A DNA stretch of 64,000 nucleotides from Lytechinus pictus (lineage: Eukaryota), in assembly GCF_037042905.1 (NCBI RefSeq), contig NC_087258.1, positions 27,590,001 through 27,654,000 on the forward strand. The letters run 5' to 3'. Below the pieces are notes generated by a model, which saw only the letters and a list, made by a program, of their open reading frames with translations, did not search any database and was not told where the DNA came from. Shown here one piece after another: positions 36,056 through 49,329 of this stretch. The first letter of the stretch is position 1, and each line of letters opens with the position of its first letter. A program made the position numbers and the translations under genes.

Positions 36056-37599
36056 TCCAGGGGGGGGGCAATATGCAGTCATCATTTGGGGATGACTTAC
36101 ACAAATATCTTTCTCTGAATAATGAGGACTCTTGTCCAATTTCATGGTTGTTTTGCTTTTTTATACAGTTTTGAATTTTAGTTCTCATTTCTTTTGTATG
36201 TTCTTCATCCATTTTACATCAAAACTAGTGAAAAAGGAATTTCCTTTATTGACAATAAAGTTATTATATTCTATAAACCTGGATCTCAAATACATACAAC
36301 AAGGCAAGCACATAATACACCCACCTGTAATGCAGAAAATGGAGTTATTGGTCAAAGAAAAGTGGAAGGTGGCAACTTCACCTTTGACCTTCCTTTGACC
36401 TTCTAACCTCAAAATCAAAAGAATTCCTGGGATCTTTGGACACTGAATTGTATGAGCCTAGAATAAGTTGAACTGAAGTTATCGCGTTTACAAAGACTGC
36501 AGAAGGTTAAAATGAAAACTTGTCACTGTGACCTTGTCCTTTGACCTTTTGACCTCAAAATCAATAGGCTTCCTGGGATCCATGCTAGTATCATACACAC
36601 CAAATTATATGAGCCAAGATAAGTTAAACTGAAGTTATCACATTTACAAGGAAAAGTTAATGGATGACGGACGGACACCGAGCATGATACCATAATATGT
36701 CCCGGAGAACGGGCGTATAAAAATGAAGTGACATTAAAAAAAGGTCGTCATAAACGGAGCACCCCCCATTTGCTTGGTTGCTGGAGGATTTTTATTTTAA
36801 AAAGATAATGTCATGTATAAAAACAAACAACAGGTTATTCTATTTCATCCTGGAATTTTTTCTTTCTCCACCTATCTGTATCTAACAATGAAATCAATAG
36901 TTTCAATAATAAACATAAAATTGCTAGAATAAAAATTTATGGTCATCCTGTCATTTGTATACACAATAATCAATACTATCATGATCATCATGTACTCTCT
37001 CCTCATCATCATTATCATACTTGTTACGTGCTTCATCACATATATTCTGATGTTTGAGCAGATGATACCCCCACCCCCCCCCCCACCTGAAATATTGGTG
37101 GGGATATCCCCCAGCCCCCTGTGATTGACACCCATGCTGGGATCCAATACAGCTAGTAAACCAGTACAAGAGTCAAATTTTGTGCGCGCATTAACAGGTT
37201 ATAAATGGATATGAATGTATATGTTTTCAAAACATTTGATGATGGACTACACAGTTGGTTTAAAATGGAATCTCCAACTGATATAACTTGGATAGTATAA
37301 ATTATGCCTGCCTGTTTGACCTAAGACCTAAAAAAGACATTGTGTTGCCCTCAGTAGTCTGACCCACAGTAATGAAATAAATGCAAACAAAAAGATCGCT
37401 ATTTTATCTACATGTATTTTGTTTATGATAACATTTTTGCAGACACAAAATAGTTAAATGCAATGTTTTGGACAGAGACTGTCAGCTTTAGGCTGATGTT
37501 TTGCTTAAATTTGTATTCAGTGGCTTCAAAACACTTTAATATGTGTTTTTACTGCATATTACACATGTACATGTATATCATCCCATGCATGATTTTCTT

Positions 37600-37915
37600 T
37601 ATGCAGCACACCAGCAAAGGCAATTTTTGTTGTTGTTCAACCAAACATCCGAATTCTGGCTTATTAGGGCAACATAACAATTTTTTAGGCCTTATTCTCA
37701 CTCTACATATATACATGTTGGCCAATTGCAACACTACTCATGGTACACATTTTAGAAGTGACACATGGTGCTATAAAATAGTATCAATCAGGAAAAGCAA
37801 TCTATCATCTGGTAACAATGGCATGATATCTTCAGATATTTTGTTTGGAGACTACCAAATACAGAGGGTATAAAAGGGTCCAATGAAGAACCCTGTGGAA
37901 TGCCATGAATCACAA
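37600..37915 (-). mobile_element. Degraded LINE (L2/CR1) RT remnant
   Basis: Minus strand reads HGIPQGSSL (cf. GVPQGS), a frameshifted CY(A)DD (TGTTAC-CAGATGAT) and NKPEF..QQ. Confidence 0.45.
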
Positions 37916-38665
37916 TGAATCATCAGTGACATTTTTTTCTATAATATTAGAATTTGAGAAACATGAATCACGTTTTGAAAAAACTTCTACTATTATGTAG
38001 GCCTTTTTTGTAATTTTTATTTTGTAAATTGATGATAATTGAACTGTTGCATATAGGGAAAATTATTGTGAAAGTCACATAAGTAAGTTTTGAAGGTGAG
38101 CAAATAATATTAGAATTTGAGAAACATGTACTGTAGAGCGCAGACTGGAAAAAATCGAAATATTTTGATTTGGTTGTTATGATGTCAGCCATGATGGTTG
38201 ATTTACAAAATCCGAATTTGAACAATAATTTGAAGAAGAACAACCATACATGTTTTGAAAAACTTCTACAATTATCTCCATGTACCGTTATGCTTATTTT
38301 GTCATTTTTATTTATTATTTTGTAAATTGATGATAATTGAACTGTTGCATATAGGGAAAATTAATATGAAAGTCACAAAAGTAAGTTTTGAAGGTGAGCA
38401 AATTCAGCAGGATGCGGATGTTTTGTTAATTATGACTTTGAAGGGGTAATGCAGATAATTATTTTGGTTGTATATAGTTCCATATTATTATGATACACAT
38501 GTACCACATGTACAGTACTTGTATATTGTATAAATCTTATCTTTGTATCATATATGTGTTAGCATTCATGAACCTATGAAATTAAAGGGGAAGTTCACCC
38601 TGACAAAATTTAGTTTCATGTCTCCTTGTTGTTGTGATGAGTAGCAAGATCATGGATTGTGGCAA

Positions 38666-39382
38666 CTAATGATGTGTCACATGATCTACCCGTCTGAAAG
38701 CATGCTGGTAGTCAGAAAGGATTGAGTTTGTAGTAAGGTGTGTCATTAGATGGCTGTCCACTATATGCTCCATAAGTTTACAGCATACACTGGTCAAGGA
38801 TATAGGGCGATAATTAGCCGGTTCATTTTTAGGACCCTTCTTGTAGATAGCAGCGATGTTCGCTTTACGCCAATCTTCGGGAAGGATCCCTTGGTCATTT
38901 GACTGTTTAAATATGAATTGCAGGACTGGAGCTATTTCTTCAGCTGTAATTTTAAGAACACGGTTTGGTATGCTATCTGGTCCTGCGGCCTTTAAAACAT
39001 CTAACTTGTTCAATAGCTTGAGGATGCCACTAACCATGAAGTTGATATCTGGCATATCAGGGATGTTTCTTGTTGGAAGGTTGGGGGTTTGGGTTTCGTC
39101 CCTGGAGAAGACGCTCTGGAACTGTTCGGCAAGTGCGTCTGCTTTCCCTTGGTCATCAGTGATGATTTCGTTTCCCTTCTTAAGGCTCTGGATCCCTACG
39201 TTGTCCTTGTGCCTGGTTTTAATGTATTTCCAGAACTGTTTATTACCGGCTTCTGAAAGAGTAGCTATGAATGTCCGTTGGGCTTTTCTAAGTTCTTTAT
39301 TTACTACTCTCTTAATTTTGTTGGTATTTGTCCAATCTATCTTGCCCTCCGAGTTGCTTCGCCTTTGAATAAGTTGTGCCAT
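38666..39382 (-). mobile_element. CR1/L2-group LINE reverse-transcriptase fragment
   Basis: KAAGPDSIP, LPEDWRKANIAAIYKKG..PANYRPISLTSVCCKLME, YQHAFR; truncated before YADD. Confidence 0.9.
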
Positions 39383-39787
39383 AGAAAGATGAGCAAATAG
39401 GAAATATATTCGTTGATTAATTAGTTTACAAACAAACTAAATAGAAAAATTTGAGATATTTAAGTGATTAATGATTTAATATGAATTGATTTCTTTTTAT
39501 AATTCAATAACAGTTACAAAATAAAGCAAAACACACTGAAAAGGAAAGGTTCCTTTAAATAAAGGCTGACCAATGATCACATAAAGACAGTGAAGTGGTT
39601 CTAATCGCTTCAAGAAGGATCAGTTGAATCTACATTTAGGCTCAGTTTGCATCTTCATCAGAACAAAATAACACAAAAGTTTGGAAGTTTAACATGGCGA
39701 GGTTCATTATCTCGCCATGCCGACTTTTTAAAAGTTCATGTTGTCATGGCTAGATAAAAAAGAAAAATACATTGCCACATACATCAC

Positions 39788-41452
39788 TTTTTGTCTCGCC
39801 CACCAGAGGTGAAGGCGAGACTTAGGGATCCAAATGTTGTCCGTCTGTCACAAACCTTATGACACATAACTCCGCAACTGTAAGTAAATTTTCAACCAAA
39901 TGTGGATGGTAGGTGGACTTGGGGGACCTGCATGTTATGCTGCACTCGGACGTCACATGGTAAGGTCAAAGGTCATTTTGAGGTCAATTAACGTTTAAGT
40001 TTACATGCAAGTCTCTCTTATGACACCTAACTCCGCAACCTAAGTCACTTTTCAACCAAACTTGGATGGTAGATGTATTTGAGGGACCTGCATGTTATGC
40101 TGCAGTCGGAGGTCACATGGTAAGGTCAAAGGTCATTTTCAGGTCAATGTTAGAGTTTACATGCAAGACTCTCTTAAGAACTCTGCAACTGTTAGTCACT
40201 TTTCAACCAAACCATGACGAAAACCTTTCATTTGAAAACACTTTACCCCAGTTTCCCTCAATCAATTCTCTTCTCCAAGTACGACAAACCATAACTGCCC
40301 CAAGCAAGCAATTTAAGTATCAAAACACCTGTTTCTTGACCTCGGTCCGAAGATAACACAACAGCTCGAGCAAAGCATGCCGTCATTTTAATTCACTTAC
40401 TTTCCTTATTTCGAGGTCGATTTTCTTCGTTCGAACTTGAAAATGGACTAACATTGGATTTCTGAATACAATATGCATTTGAAAACGTGATTAAATATCG
40501 AATACAATAATTTCATTCCGAAGGTCCTACTACAGGCAGAGAAGTCTTACGTAATAGCACAGCTGTTGTTTATCATTTCGTCCTTGGCTCAACGCTCATA
40601 ATCTGGCCTGTGGAGGTAAAATTGAGACAGCGGGGATTACCTGGCCTAGCGGGATTGATCAGGCGGGTGTTTCATAAAGCTGTTCGTAAATAAAGAGCGA
40701 CTGGTGATCCTGTCTTGCGGTAAATGGTACACACCATTGGCGAAGATCTAGCGCGCGAGAAAGGATCACCAGTCGTTCTTAAAGTCGCTCTTAACTTACG
40801 AGCAGCTTTATGAAACGGCCCCCTGGGCTTGGAAATGATTTTGGGATTTACAAACGCAAAATGGGGTATAGAACCGCAGTTTGCAATCTGAACTGCGGTC
40901 TTTCTCCAAACGGGGGTTTGACGTAATGCTTGGATGGCAGATTTACTTGGGGAACCTGCATGTTAGGCTGCAGTTGGAGGTCACATGGTAAGGGCAAAGG
41001 TCATTTTCAGGTCAACGTTAAAGTTTACTCATGACACCTAACTCCGTAACTGTAAGTCACATACTTTTCAACCAAACTTGGATGGTATATGGACTTGGGT
41101 GACCTGCATGTTATGTTGCAATCAGAGGTCACATGGTAAGGTCAAAGATCATTTTGATGTCGATGTTATGGCACATAACTCTGCAACCGTAAATCACTTT
41201 TAAACCAAACTTGGGTTGTAGGTGTACTTAGGAGACCTGCATGTTATTGTGTTCAGAGGTCACATGGTTAGGTGAGAGTTCATTATGAGGTCGGTGTTAA
41301 AATTTACGTGGAAGACTTGTATGACAAATTTTATTTCATCCCAGTTATTTCACAATGAAGTTTTGATACAATTCTGTTGCATGCCCTCGCAAATCACAAT
41401 ATTTCTGGTTATTTTCATAAGTGGGCAAGACACAAATCGCTTATGCCTTGTC
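39788..41452. repeat. Helentron/HINE-like element with tandem subrepeats and internal insertions
   Basis: Starts TTTTGTCTCGCCCAC, ends GTGGGCAAGACAC; repeated GACCTGCATGTTATG..GGTCACATGGTAAGGTCAAAGGTCA; interrupted at ~40215-40925. Confidence 0.6.
40665..40823. mobile_element. MITE of the GGGTGTTTCATAAAG family
   Basis: GGGTGTTTCATAAAGCTGTTCGTAA / TTACGAGCAGCTTTATGAAACGGCCCC; relatives at 44381-44538 and 54071-54237. Confidence 0.7.
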
Positions 41453-41580
41453 CTGATTATCAGTAGTTAGAAACTTGCCTGGGCTGTGACCATAAAATTT
41501 TAGCACATTGGTATGAATTCAAATTTTGAGCTCAATATTTGTTTTTATCCCCTCAGATTCTTGAGGCACTTGAGTTCCAT

Positions 41581-43326
41581 ATGTTCACACTGATGGCATC
41601 ATACATGGAAAGTAGTGTGAAGAATAAGATAGTTCAATGGATCAAAGACGGAGTTGATTTGGTGTCCATTATTGAAGGAGGAGAGATAGGAGATGCAGAG
41701 GATGTTAGACTGTACCTATCCTATTCAAGTGATCCTTGTGTTAACAGATGTAATGGATCAGGACAAACACCCTTGATGATTGCTTGCAGAAATAGACAAA
41801 AACACATTGTTAATATCTTGTTGGAAGCCAGAGCCGACCCTAACCTGACTTGCACTGTCAATGGTAGCACTGCTCTTCATTATGCCTGTCAAGGGGACAA
41901 ACATATGATTTCCATATGTCGGACTAAAATAAAGTACCCAAAACAGGAGCTTCAAAGAGTTATTGAGATCATTGAAATCCTGATCCACAATGGAGCAATA
42001 ATGCAAATGAATGATGATGGATTGAGTCCTGTGTGTGTGGCAGCTCTAAACAGCTTCAAAGATGTGGTGGAGTTCTTTTCATCAAATAGTGAAATTCCAG
42101 TGCCTCCCGGAGACATGGTCAAGGCATATGAATTGTTGGGAGTTTCACAAGCACTCTTTGATGTATACCATTTAGTTGATGCATGTCACTCCTTTCACCT
42201 TGCTGCATCTACATGGAAACATCCTGGAAATGAGAATGATTTATCTTCACTTAATGTTGACTGTGCCCTCGACAACTTCTTTACTCACATGACAACTCTT
42301 GTTCTCAACTGTGATCAGAGAAGTAAGATCAGGCAGAAGGCATTCACTATTGGTATTAAATGCATACCTGACAACGTGAAAAATAAATATGATTTCTGGC
42401 GATTTACATCCAGTTACACTGATCCAGCTTTCTTTGAGATTGGTTCAGAAGAGGGCTACAACCTCTTGTTGTCTTTGGTAAAGAAAGAAATGCTTGGGAA
42501 ATGTCCACTTGGAACTGTCCTGGACATGATTCAGAATGCATTGACGTCCAGATTGTCAACATCATTAGGGGTGAAGTTCATTCCAAGGTTGTTGCAGGCA
42601 TACGCAGAGGGATTCCAAGAAGATAGCAAGATGCTCAGAGAGAAAAGACCAGAGATCTTAGAACTATCGGGAGGTCTGTTGTTCAATTTTGCATACTACC
42701 AATCACAAGCAAAATATCTTGAGGAAGTGCTGTCATATGTCAAGGATATTCTGCATTGCATCAAGATGTATGCTGAAGATGGCTGTCCAACAACTGGTGA
42801 CCGTCCAGTATCAGTCATCTCTGTTTTCTTTGAAAACATGGCCAATACAATGTTTGACGATGTGTATTGTGGGCAGACCAAGGAAGCAAGGAATCGATTG
42901 AAGTATGTCATTTCCAGTCTCCTCTTCCACAACGGCTACGATCCTGCTTCACATTCTTCATTACTAGAAACACTGGTGAGGATTGTTGCTGCGGCCCATG
43001 ATAGAGATTTCATTATCCCAATTGCCAAGATGCTGATTCGATATGGTTGCCCACCGGACAGTGTTTGCATTGAGCAATCTGAGCAGGATTATCCAGAGGT
43101 GATGGAAATGTTGCCTCTTTTGAACCCAACGTCTCCTCCATCTCTTGAGGAGCTAAGCACACAAGTTATCCTGCGCAACAATGTTCCTTACAGAGAAAGA
43201 CTTCCAAGTTTGCTCTCTGAGAGAATAGATGCGGATATGTACTTCAGACCACCTCCTTCTGATTTAGATTCTTCTGTTTCTTCAGATTCTTCTGAGAAAT
43301 CAGATGAATTTGAGAGAATTGAATAA
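41581..43326 (+). CDS. FEM1-like: FEM-1-like protein, paralog 6 (homologous MAS start at 41593)
   Basis: Acceptor CCCCTCAG|ATTCTTGAGG (AG 41555-41556). GQTPLMIAC, GSTALHYAC, KAYELLGVSQ, SLEELSTQVIL..VPY..LPSLLSERI, Ser/Asp-rich tail. Confidence 0.88.
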   Translation: MFTLMASYMESSVKNKIVQWIKDGVDLVSIIEGGEIGDAEDVRLYLSYSSDPCVNRCNGSGQTPLMIACRNRQKHIVNILLEARADPNLTCTVNGSTALHYACQGDKHMISICRTKIKYPKQELQRVIEIIEILIHNGAIMQMNDDGLSPVCVAALNSFKDVVEFFSSNSEIPVPPGDMVKAYELLGVSQALFDVYHLVDACHSFHLAASTWKHPGNENDLSSLNVDCALDNFFTHMTTLVLNCDQRSKIRQKAFTIGIKCIPDNVKNKYDFWRFTSSYTDPAFFEIGSEEGYNLLLSLVKKEMLGKCPLGTVLDMIQNALTSRLSTSLGVKFIPRLLQAYAEGFQEDSKMLREKRPEILELSGGLLFNFAYYQSQAKYLEEVLSYVKDILHCIKMYAEDGCPTTGDRPVSVISVFFENMANTMFDDVYCGQTKEARNRLKYVISSLLFHNGYDPASHSSLLETLVRIVAAAHDRDFIIPIAKMLIRYGCPPDSVCIEQSEQDYPEVMEMLPLLNPTSPPSLEELSTQVILRNNVPYRERLPSLLSERIDADMYFRPPPSDLDSSVSSDSSEKSDEFERIE

Positions 43327-44380
43327 ATATCAACAATCGACACCCAGTTCCCTGACAAGGATTGTTGAGAATCTGTGTTTTAACTGATCATGGTCTACAA
43401 TCACTCACAAGTTCTATTATTTAATCATATCTGAATAAATGATAAGACCAGGTGAACAGTCAATGTAACAGTCTGGTGCAGCCCTGAAATGTCTCAACTT
43501 AATTTGAATTTCCCTGACTCTATTAAGTCTTTAATTAGGGAAATGTAATCTGCTATAAAGGACCAACATCAAAGTACAACATCAAACCTTAGAAGTCTTC
43601 TCTAATAAAGTTAAATAAAACATTGTGCTCTTTGCATGCAGATTTAGCTTGCTCTAATTCTGCCTCTATCAACCAGCTACATGTAATGTAAATTTTGATT
43701 GGAATTGAAATACATGTTGATGCCCGTCACCGATTGTCTGATCTACAGTGCATTAAATGTTTATCACAAGACATTATTAAGTTTTAGTATAATTCTACCT
43801 AAAGAACTCACCAACCATTCAAGTTCAATTAAAGGGGAGTTCACTCTTACAAATATATTGTAAAAATATAAATATGATAAAAAAATATTGGTGAAGGTTT
43901 GCGTAAAATCCATTAAAGATTTAAAAAGTTATAAGGATTTAAAATCCTTGATTTTATATATTTTTTATTTGTGACATCATATGCTAGCAGCTTCCCCATA
44001 TATATACTGTACATGTAGTAAAAATAAAACCAACGAAATGCCATTTTCTCAAAAAATTGAAATATTGAAAAATAGTGGTATGTTCCTATTGTGAGTATCA
44101 TTAACATAAACTACTAGCATATTCTCAGCCTAGCTTGACACTTGTCATGGAATATACCAGGCTCTGACCCTTTGATCATACTGCGCAGTGATTAAATAAA
44201 AGTTGAGCTAATTGGGAAACATGAATTATGTATTGCAATCAGATTATATAATGTTTAGTAAGGTTAACATATAATGAGGCAAAGCAGGCTCCAGTGAGAT
44301 TAGTATTCAATGTTTATTTACAGTAAGTAAAACGTAACACTCTCAAAATAAATAACTCTCCAGTCTTATATGCACTCCTT

Positions 44381-44538
44381 GGGTGTTTCATAAAGGACTT
44401 ACAACAGTGTTGTAACTTTGCCATAATGGCAACTACCATGGCAACAGGGCTCAGCAGCCAATCATAATCAAGGTTTCCATGGTAGTTGCCATAATGGCAA
44501 AGTGACAACAGTTACAAGTCCTTTTTGAAACGGACCCC
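44381..44538. mobile_element. Palindromic MITE carrying X-box-like motifs
   Basis: GGGTGTTTCATAAAGGACTT / AAGTCCTTTTTGAAACGGACCC; internal TTGCCATAATGGCAAC, CCATGGCAAC and CCAAT. Confidence 0.7.
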
Positions 44539-44647
44539 TGTTCAAATAAAATCAATCTCCATTGCTCTCCTATAAAGAAAATAGACTAAAACTATCTGAA
44601 GAAGGGTGAACACAAATTAACTGAGATGCACCACTTTAAATCATTAA

Positions 44648-45245
44648 AGGTCAAGTCCATCCCAGAACTATGTTGATTTGAATGAATAGAGAAAAATCAA
44701 ACAAACACAACACTGAAAATTTCATCAAAATCGGATGTAAAATAGAAAGTTATGACATTTTTAAGTTTCGCTTATTTTTCACAAAACTGTTACATGCACA
44801 ACTCAGTGATATGCAAATGAGAGAGTTGATTATGTCCCTGACTCACTATTTCTTTTGTCTTTTGAAGTATGCAATATTTTGATTTTTATCATTGTGACAA
44901 ATAAGGACTGACTGAACCATGAAATGTTAAAACAATGGTAATTCAACATGTTCAGGGAAGAACAAAACTTTGTTTCACAGGACAATGAGGAGAAAATTAG
45001 AACAGTTCATACTTAATACATGTATAATGAAATACAAAAGAAATAATGTGTGGGTGACGTAATTAGTTACCTCATTTGCATACTGACCAGGATGTGCATA
45101 TAACTATTTTGTGAAATTAAGCGAAACTTCATAATATCATAACTTTCTTATTTTACATCTGATTCTGATGAAATTTTCAGTGTTATGCTTGTTGGATTTT
45201 TCTCCTTTATTTCAAATCAACTTTTTGTTTTGGTGAACTTGTCTT
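44648..45245. mobile_element. TTAA-flanked DNA transposon, same family as 30721-31300
   Basis: TTAA|AGGTCAAGTCCA ... GAACTTGTCTT|TTAA; internally colinear with the 30.7 kb copy. Confidence 0.8.
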
Positions 45246-45506
45246 TTAAAATAATCATATTTCTACCAATCAAATACAAGGAAAATGGTATGGCCCACAA
45301 AATAAACTAATCCCTTTTGAAAATAAGAACCAATGAAAGCATAGAAGAGTGATCATGATGTGGAAATGAATACTAATGAGAACTAAACAATGAGGCCATG
45401 TGGAGTGGAAAAGAACAAGGGAAAACTAGGAAGCATGAATGAAGGGAAAATGAATGAGAGAATGGAATTCAATGAATCTGGTGTTGCTATGACAGATATA
45501 TGGGGA

Positions 45507-45730
45507 CATTGGTGGCGGAAGCCCAAAAATTTAGGGGGGGGGACCACCAAAAAATTTTGACAAGCAAAAAAAAAAGGTTATATATTAAACAAAATTTTAG
45601 GGGGGATCGACAAAAAAATTTGACAAGCAAAAAAAAAAAAAAAAGGTTATCAACAAAAAAATTTAGGGGGGGGGTCGTCCCCCCACCTCAAATTTAGGGG
45701 GGACACGTCCCCCCTCTTCCGCTGCCTATG
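45507..45730. mobile_element. hAT-type MITE with 8-bp TSD
   Basis: CATTGGTGGCGGAAG / CTTCCGCTGCCTATG; TSD TATGGGGA at 45499-45506 and 45731-45738. Confidence 0.8.
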
Positions 45731-46953
45731 TATGGGGATTAGTCAGGGGCCTTAGCAAAATTTTGGGGACAGAATTTACAAAAGCGCCATTTTTTGTATG
45801 TGGGTCCCTGGTATCAAAAGCATTAATTCTAGATAGGGTGCCTCGAAATCGGTGAAGGGCACCCTATTTTAAAATGCTAATTTATGCAAATGTTATGCAA
45901 AAAACTCATAATTCACCATATCTCACTAAAAATAATTTTCAAATGCCCAATTTTTGTGTATTTGGGTCTCCTTTTGCTAAATATTCAACTGCAGGTCGAT
46001 TTTAATAAAATTGGTGAGTATGAATCAATTCTTAAGGTTAATTTATGCAAATTTTATGCAAATTATATGTAAAAAACACATATTTTATCATATCTCGACA
46101 TATAGAATTGTCAAAATCACAATTATTTTTCCACATGTGTCACTAGTACCAAAAGCATTAATTCTTGATAGGATACATGTACCTCGATATCAATGACTGG
46201 AATCCAATTTCATAGTGCTAATTTATGCAAAATTATGCAAAATCACACTATTCACCGTAAATTACTGTATATGTATAGTACAGACCTAAACTTTTCTAGA
46301 AGCCTTTTTTTTTTGGGGGGGGGGTGGGATTTGGGATTTATTTTGATGGGGCATCAAATCTAGATTGATTTCTGTACAGTTCCAGAATAAGAATCAATTT
46401 TCAATGTTAATTAATGCAAATTTATGCAAAAGTTATGCACATATGTGTAAAACACATCAACTATCATATTTCGAGGTTTTAAACCGAGGGACGAGCGCAA
46501 CACTATGCATATGAGACACTCTTACACAATTCATTCATTATGGTGACTTTTGCATGCGACCAGAGGAGGGTATCATGTTTAAATGCAAATTTATGCAAAT
46601 TATAAATCCTGTGCATACCCCTTTCACAATAAAAAAAAACCCAAATCATATGGAAAAGATAAACCAGTATTTTATCTCTTTTTTTTTCAAAGCAATTAAA
46701 AAGGTTAGATTTCTTTCCCAAGTAGAGTTTTCCCCTGTCAGAAAGAGGAGGGTATATGGATGCTTCTCATGTCAGTAAAAGCTGTCCATGTCTGCCCCTC
46801 TGGCAACTATGTACATTTTTAGAACAAGGACACATCAGATTTGAGCAAAGAGACCTGATCCTTTTTCTTATTCTGTCGTCCCTTGGTTGACGGTGACCTG
46901 AATAATTTCAGTGATTTTTCTTTATTGGCTTATGAATTGATCTCTATCACTAA

Positions 46954-48916
46954 AACTAGGGTAACACCAAAACCTCCCAACCAATTTCAGACCGAATCAG
47001 AGTCGAATCGGTCTGGAATAGGTCCCGAATCAGAGCACTATTGACTTCCCAAAATAATTGTCCAAATGCCTCCCCAAACTCAACCGAATTCCATCCGAAT
47101 ACATCCCGAATGTGGCTCGAAAAAAATTTGTTGTGGCTACATTTGGGAGTATTTTGGAGGATATTCGGCTGGTTTTAAACATTTCAAGACAAGCAGAATC
47201 CCTCCACGAATGTTCCCGAATGTTTTCGTATATGGGGAGGGAGAACAGAATAGTCCCGGATCCTTCCGAATTGATTCCGGGAGCTCCCCGAATAGGAGAT
47301 GAATAAGTACCGAATCCAGGCCATTTTGGGCAGAATTGGTCCGAATTTGTTCGGGAGAATTTGGTTTTGGTGTAACCCTTGCTTAAAGCTAGGGTTAGAA
47401 AGGAATCGAATCAGCTGCGAATCCATCCATATACGTATTCGGGTGGTTTCAGGAATATTCTGTTTTGCCTTCGTAAATGCGAGAAAATTCGGGAACATTC
47501 GCTGAGGAATTCAGCTCATTTTGAAATGTTTAAAACCAGCCGAATACCCCCCAGAATACTCCCGAATATGACCACAACAAATTTCATTCGGGCCACATTT
47601 GGGATCTATTCGGGTGACATTCGGTTGGATTAGGGAAGGCATTTGGAGTTTTCTGGGCAGATTCGGAACTATTTGTATCATTCTGAACATAACTGTCCCG
47701 AACATTCAGGCCATCTTTCGGCTGTAATCAGAGATATCAGGTCACATTCGGCTGAATTCTGGACATGCTTGGGTCGATTCTTGCCACAATTCGTGTTGGC
47801 ATTCTGCTTTTTGGGGGATGGCCAAAATTGATTTGGTCAGTTCTTGGCGATTCTGCGCTGAATCGGGACATATTCCGGACCCATTCTTCTCTATTTGGGG
47901 GAACTCCCCTAATCCATCTGAATCAGGCCATAATCGGGCAGAATCAGTCCGAATTTATTCGGGAGAATTTGGTTTTGGTGTAATCCTAGCTTAAACCAGG
48001 ACTGACGTGATGTATTCTTGCGACTGTACTTTGGTTATCCTCTGAGTGTTTACCTTAGTTGCATCCTATTCTGGTTTGTCGTCTAGAAACGGATTGCCTA
48101 CTTAAAATCAGCTGCAAATACACATAAGGATGAATTCTGGAGCACTCTGTTCTCCCCTCCCGAATGCAGGAATATTCAGGAGGAATTAGGGAACATTCTT
48201 GGAGGAATTCGGCTCGTTATGAAAATGTTCAAAACCAGCCGAATACCTCCAAAATACTCCCGAATGTGGCTATGACAAATTTCATTCGGGCCACATTCGG
48301 GATGTATTCCGATGGAATTTGGTTGGATTTTGGGAGGCATTTGGGGTATTCTGGGAAGATTAAGACGTATAAAGGTCCGACTCTTGCCTCCCCATATCGT
48401 ACGAATCATTACTCAAATACAGAGAAGAATGTAGACGAGTGAGACGAATTGGCCAGAAAATAGAAAATAGCATCCGAATAGCTGCCGAATCGGTCAATAA
48501 TTATAGCCCATTTCAAAAGAATCTGGGGTATTTTCGGGAAATTCGGTGGCATACTTGGCGAATTCGGGCATAATTGTTCCGATTCGGGTCGTCATTTGGC
48601 GATAATCGGAGGATCATTCGGGCTAAATTCGGCTTGATTCTGGTCACCTTTGGCTCGATTGTTGCCACTGTTCGGGTTGGCATACGGCTTTATGCGGGAC
48701 AGTCAATATTGATTCGGGTAAATTCTTTGGGATTCTACTCTGATACGGGACGTATTCCAGACCTTATCGTCTCTAATTCAGTGAGCACCCCGAATCAGAG
48801 CCGAATCAGAGACGAATAGGTTGCGCATCCACCGAATTCATCCGAATCAGGCCATATTAGGGAAGAACCAGTCCAACTTTATGAGGGAGAATTCGGTTCT
48901 CGTGTAACCCTGGTTG
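46954..48916. repeat. CCGAAT/ATTCGG-rich MITE-like modules nested in the Academ-like element
   Basis: Modules bounded by CTAGGGTAACACCAAAACC and GGTTTTGGTGTAACCCT(A)GCTTAA (ends at ~47384, ~47993, ~48912); many CCGAAT units in both orientations. Confidence 0.65.
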
Positions 48917-49329
48917 AAGTATAGTCTCGATCAGACTCGTTGCTTGCTGCTTGAATTATATCGTGGTCTACAATCCCTCCTCACGGTGAAGCTGCAGATT
49001 TTAATTGATATTTACTGAAAATCATTACTTCACATCTCAACAAATTAATTACAATATAGGATAGGTCTCTAACTGAAAGGAGATAGTAATAATGTACAGA
49101 TTTATAGAATATGCCTATGTATACATTGCCCATGATGTGATTATTACACAACTTGAAAGAGATTTTTGGACACCATTTTGTTTCCCAAAGACTGAAAATT
49201 TGCTTAACTGTGATCCGTATATACTTTATAGCTATTGAGAAAATCAGACTTTAACTGATAGTACAAGGCTATATGTTTCCGTATACATAGCCTTTGGTGT
49301 GGGGTGTCTCCAAAGTTTTGAATTTTCCT

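Noticed and set aside
38856-39368. 170-aa + strand ORF
   Set aside because: Antisense shadow of the LINE RT fragment.
47058-48819. Cluster of short overlapping ORFs
   Set aside because: They arise from CCGAAT-rich repeat modules; no protein motifs.
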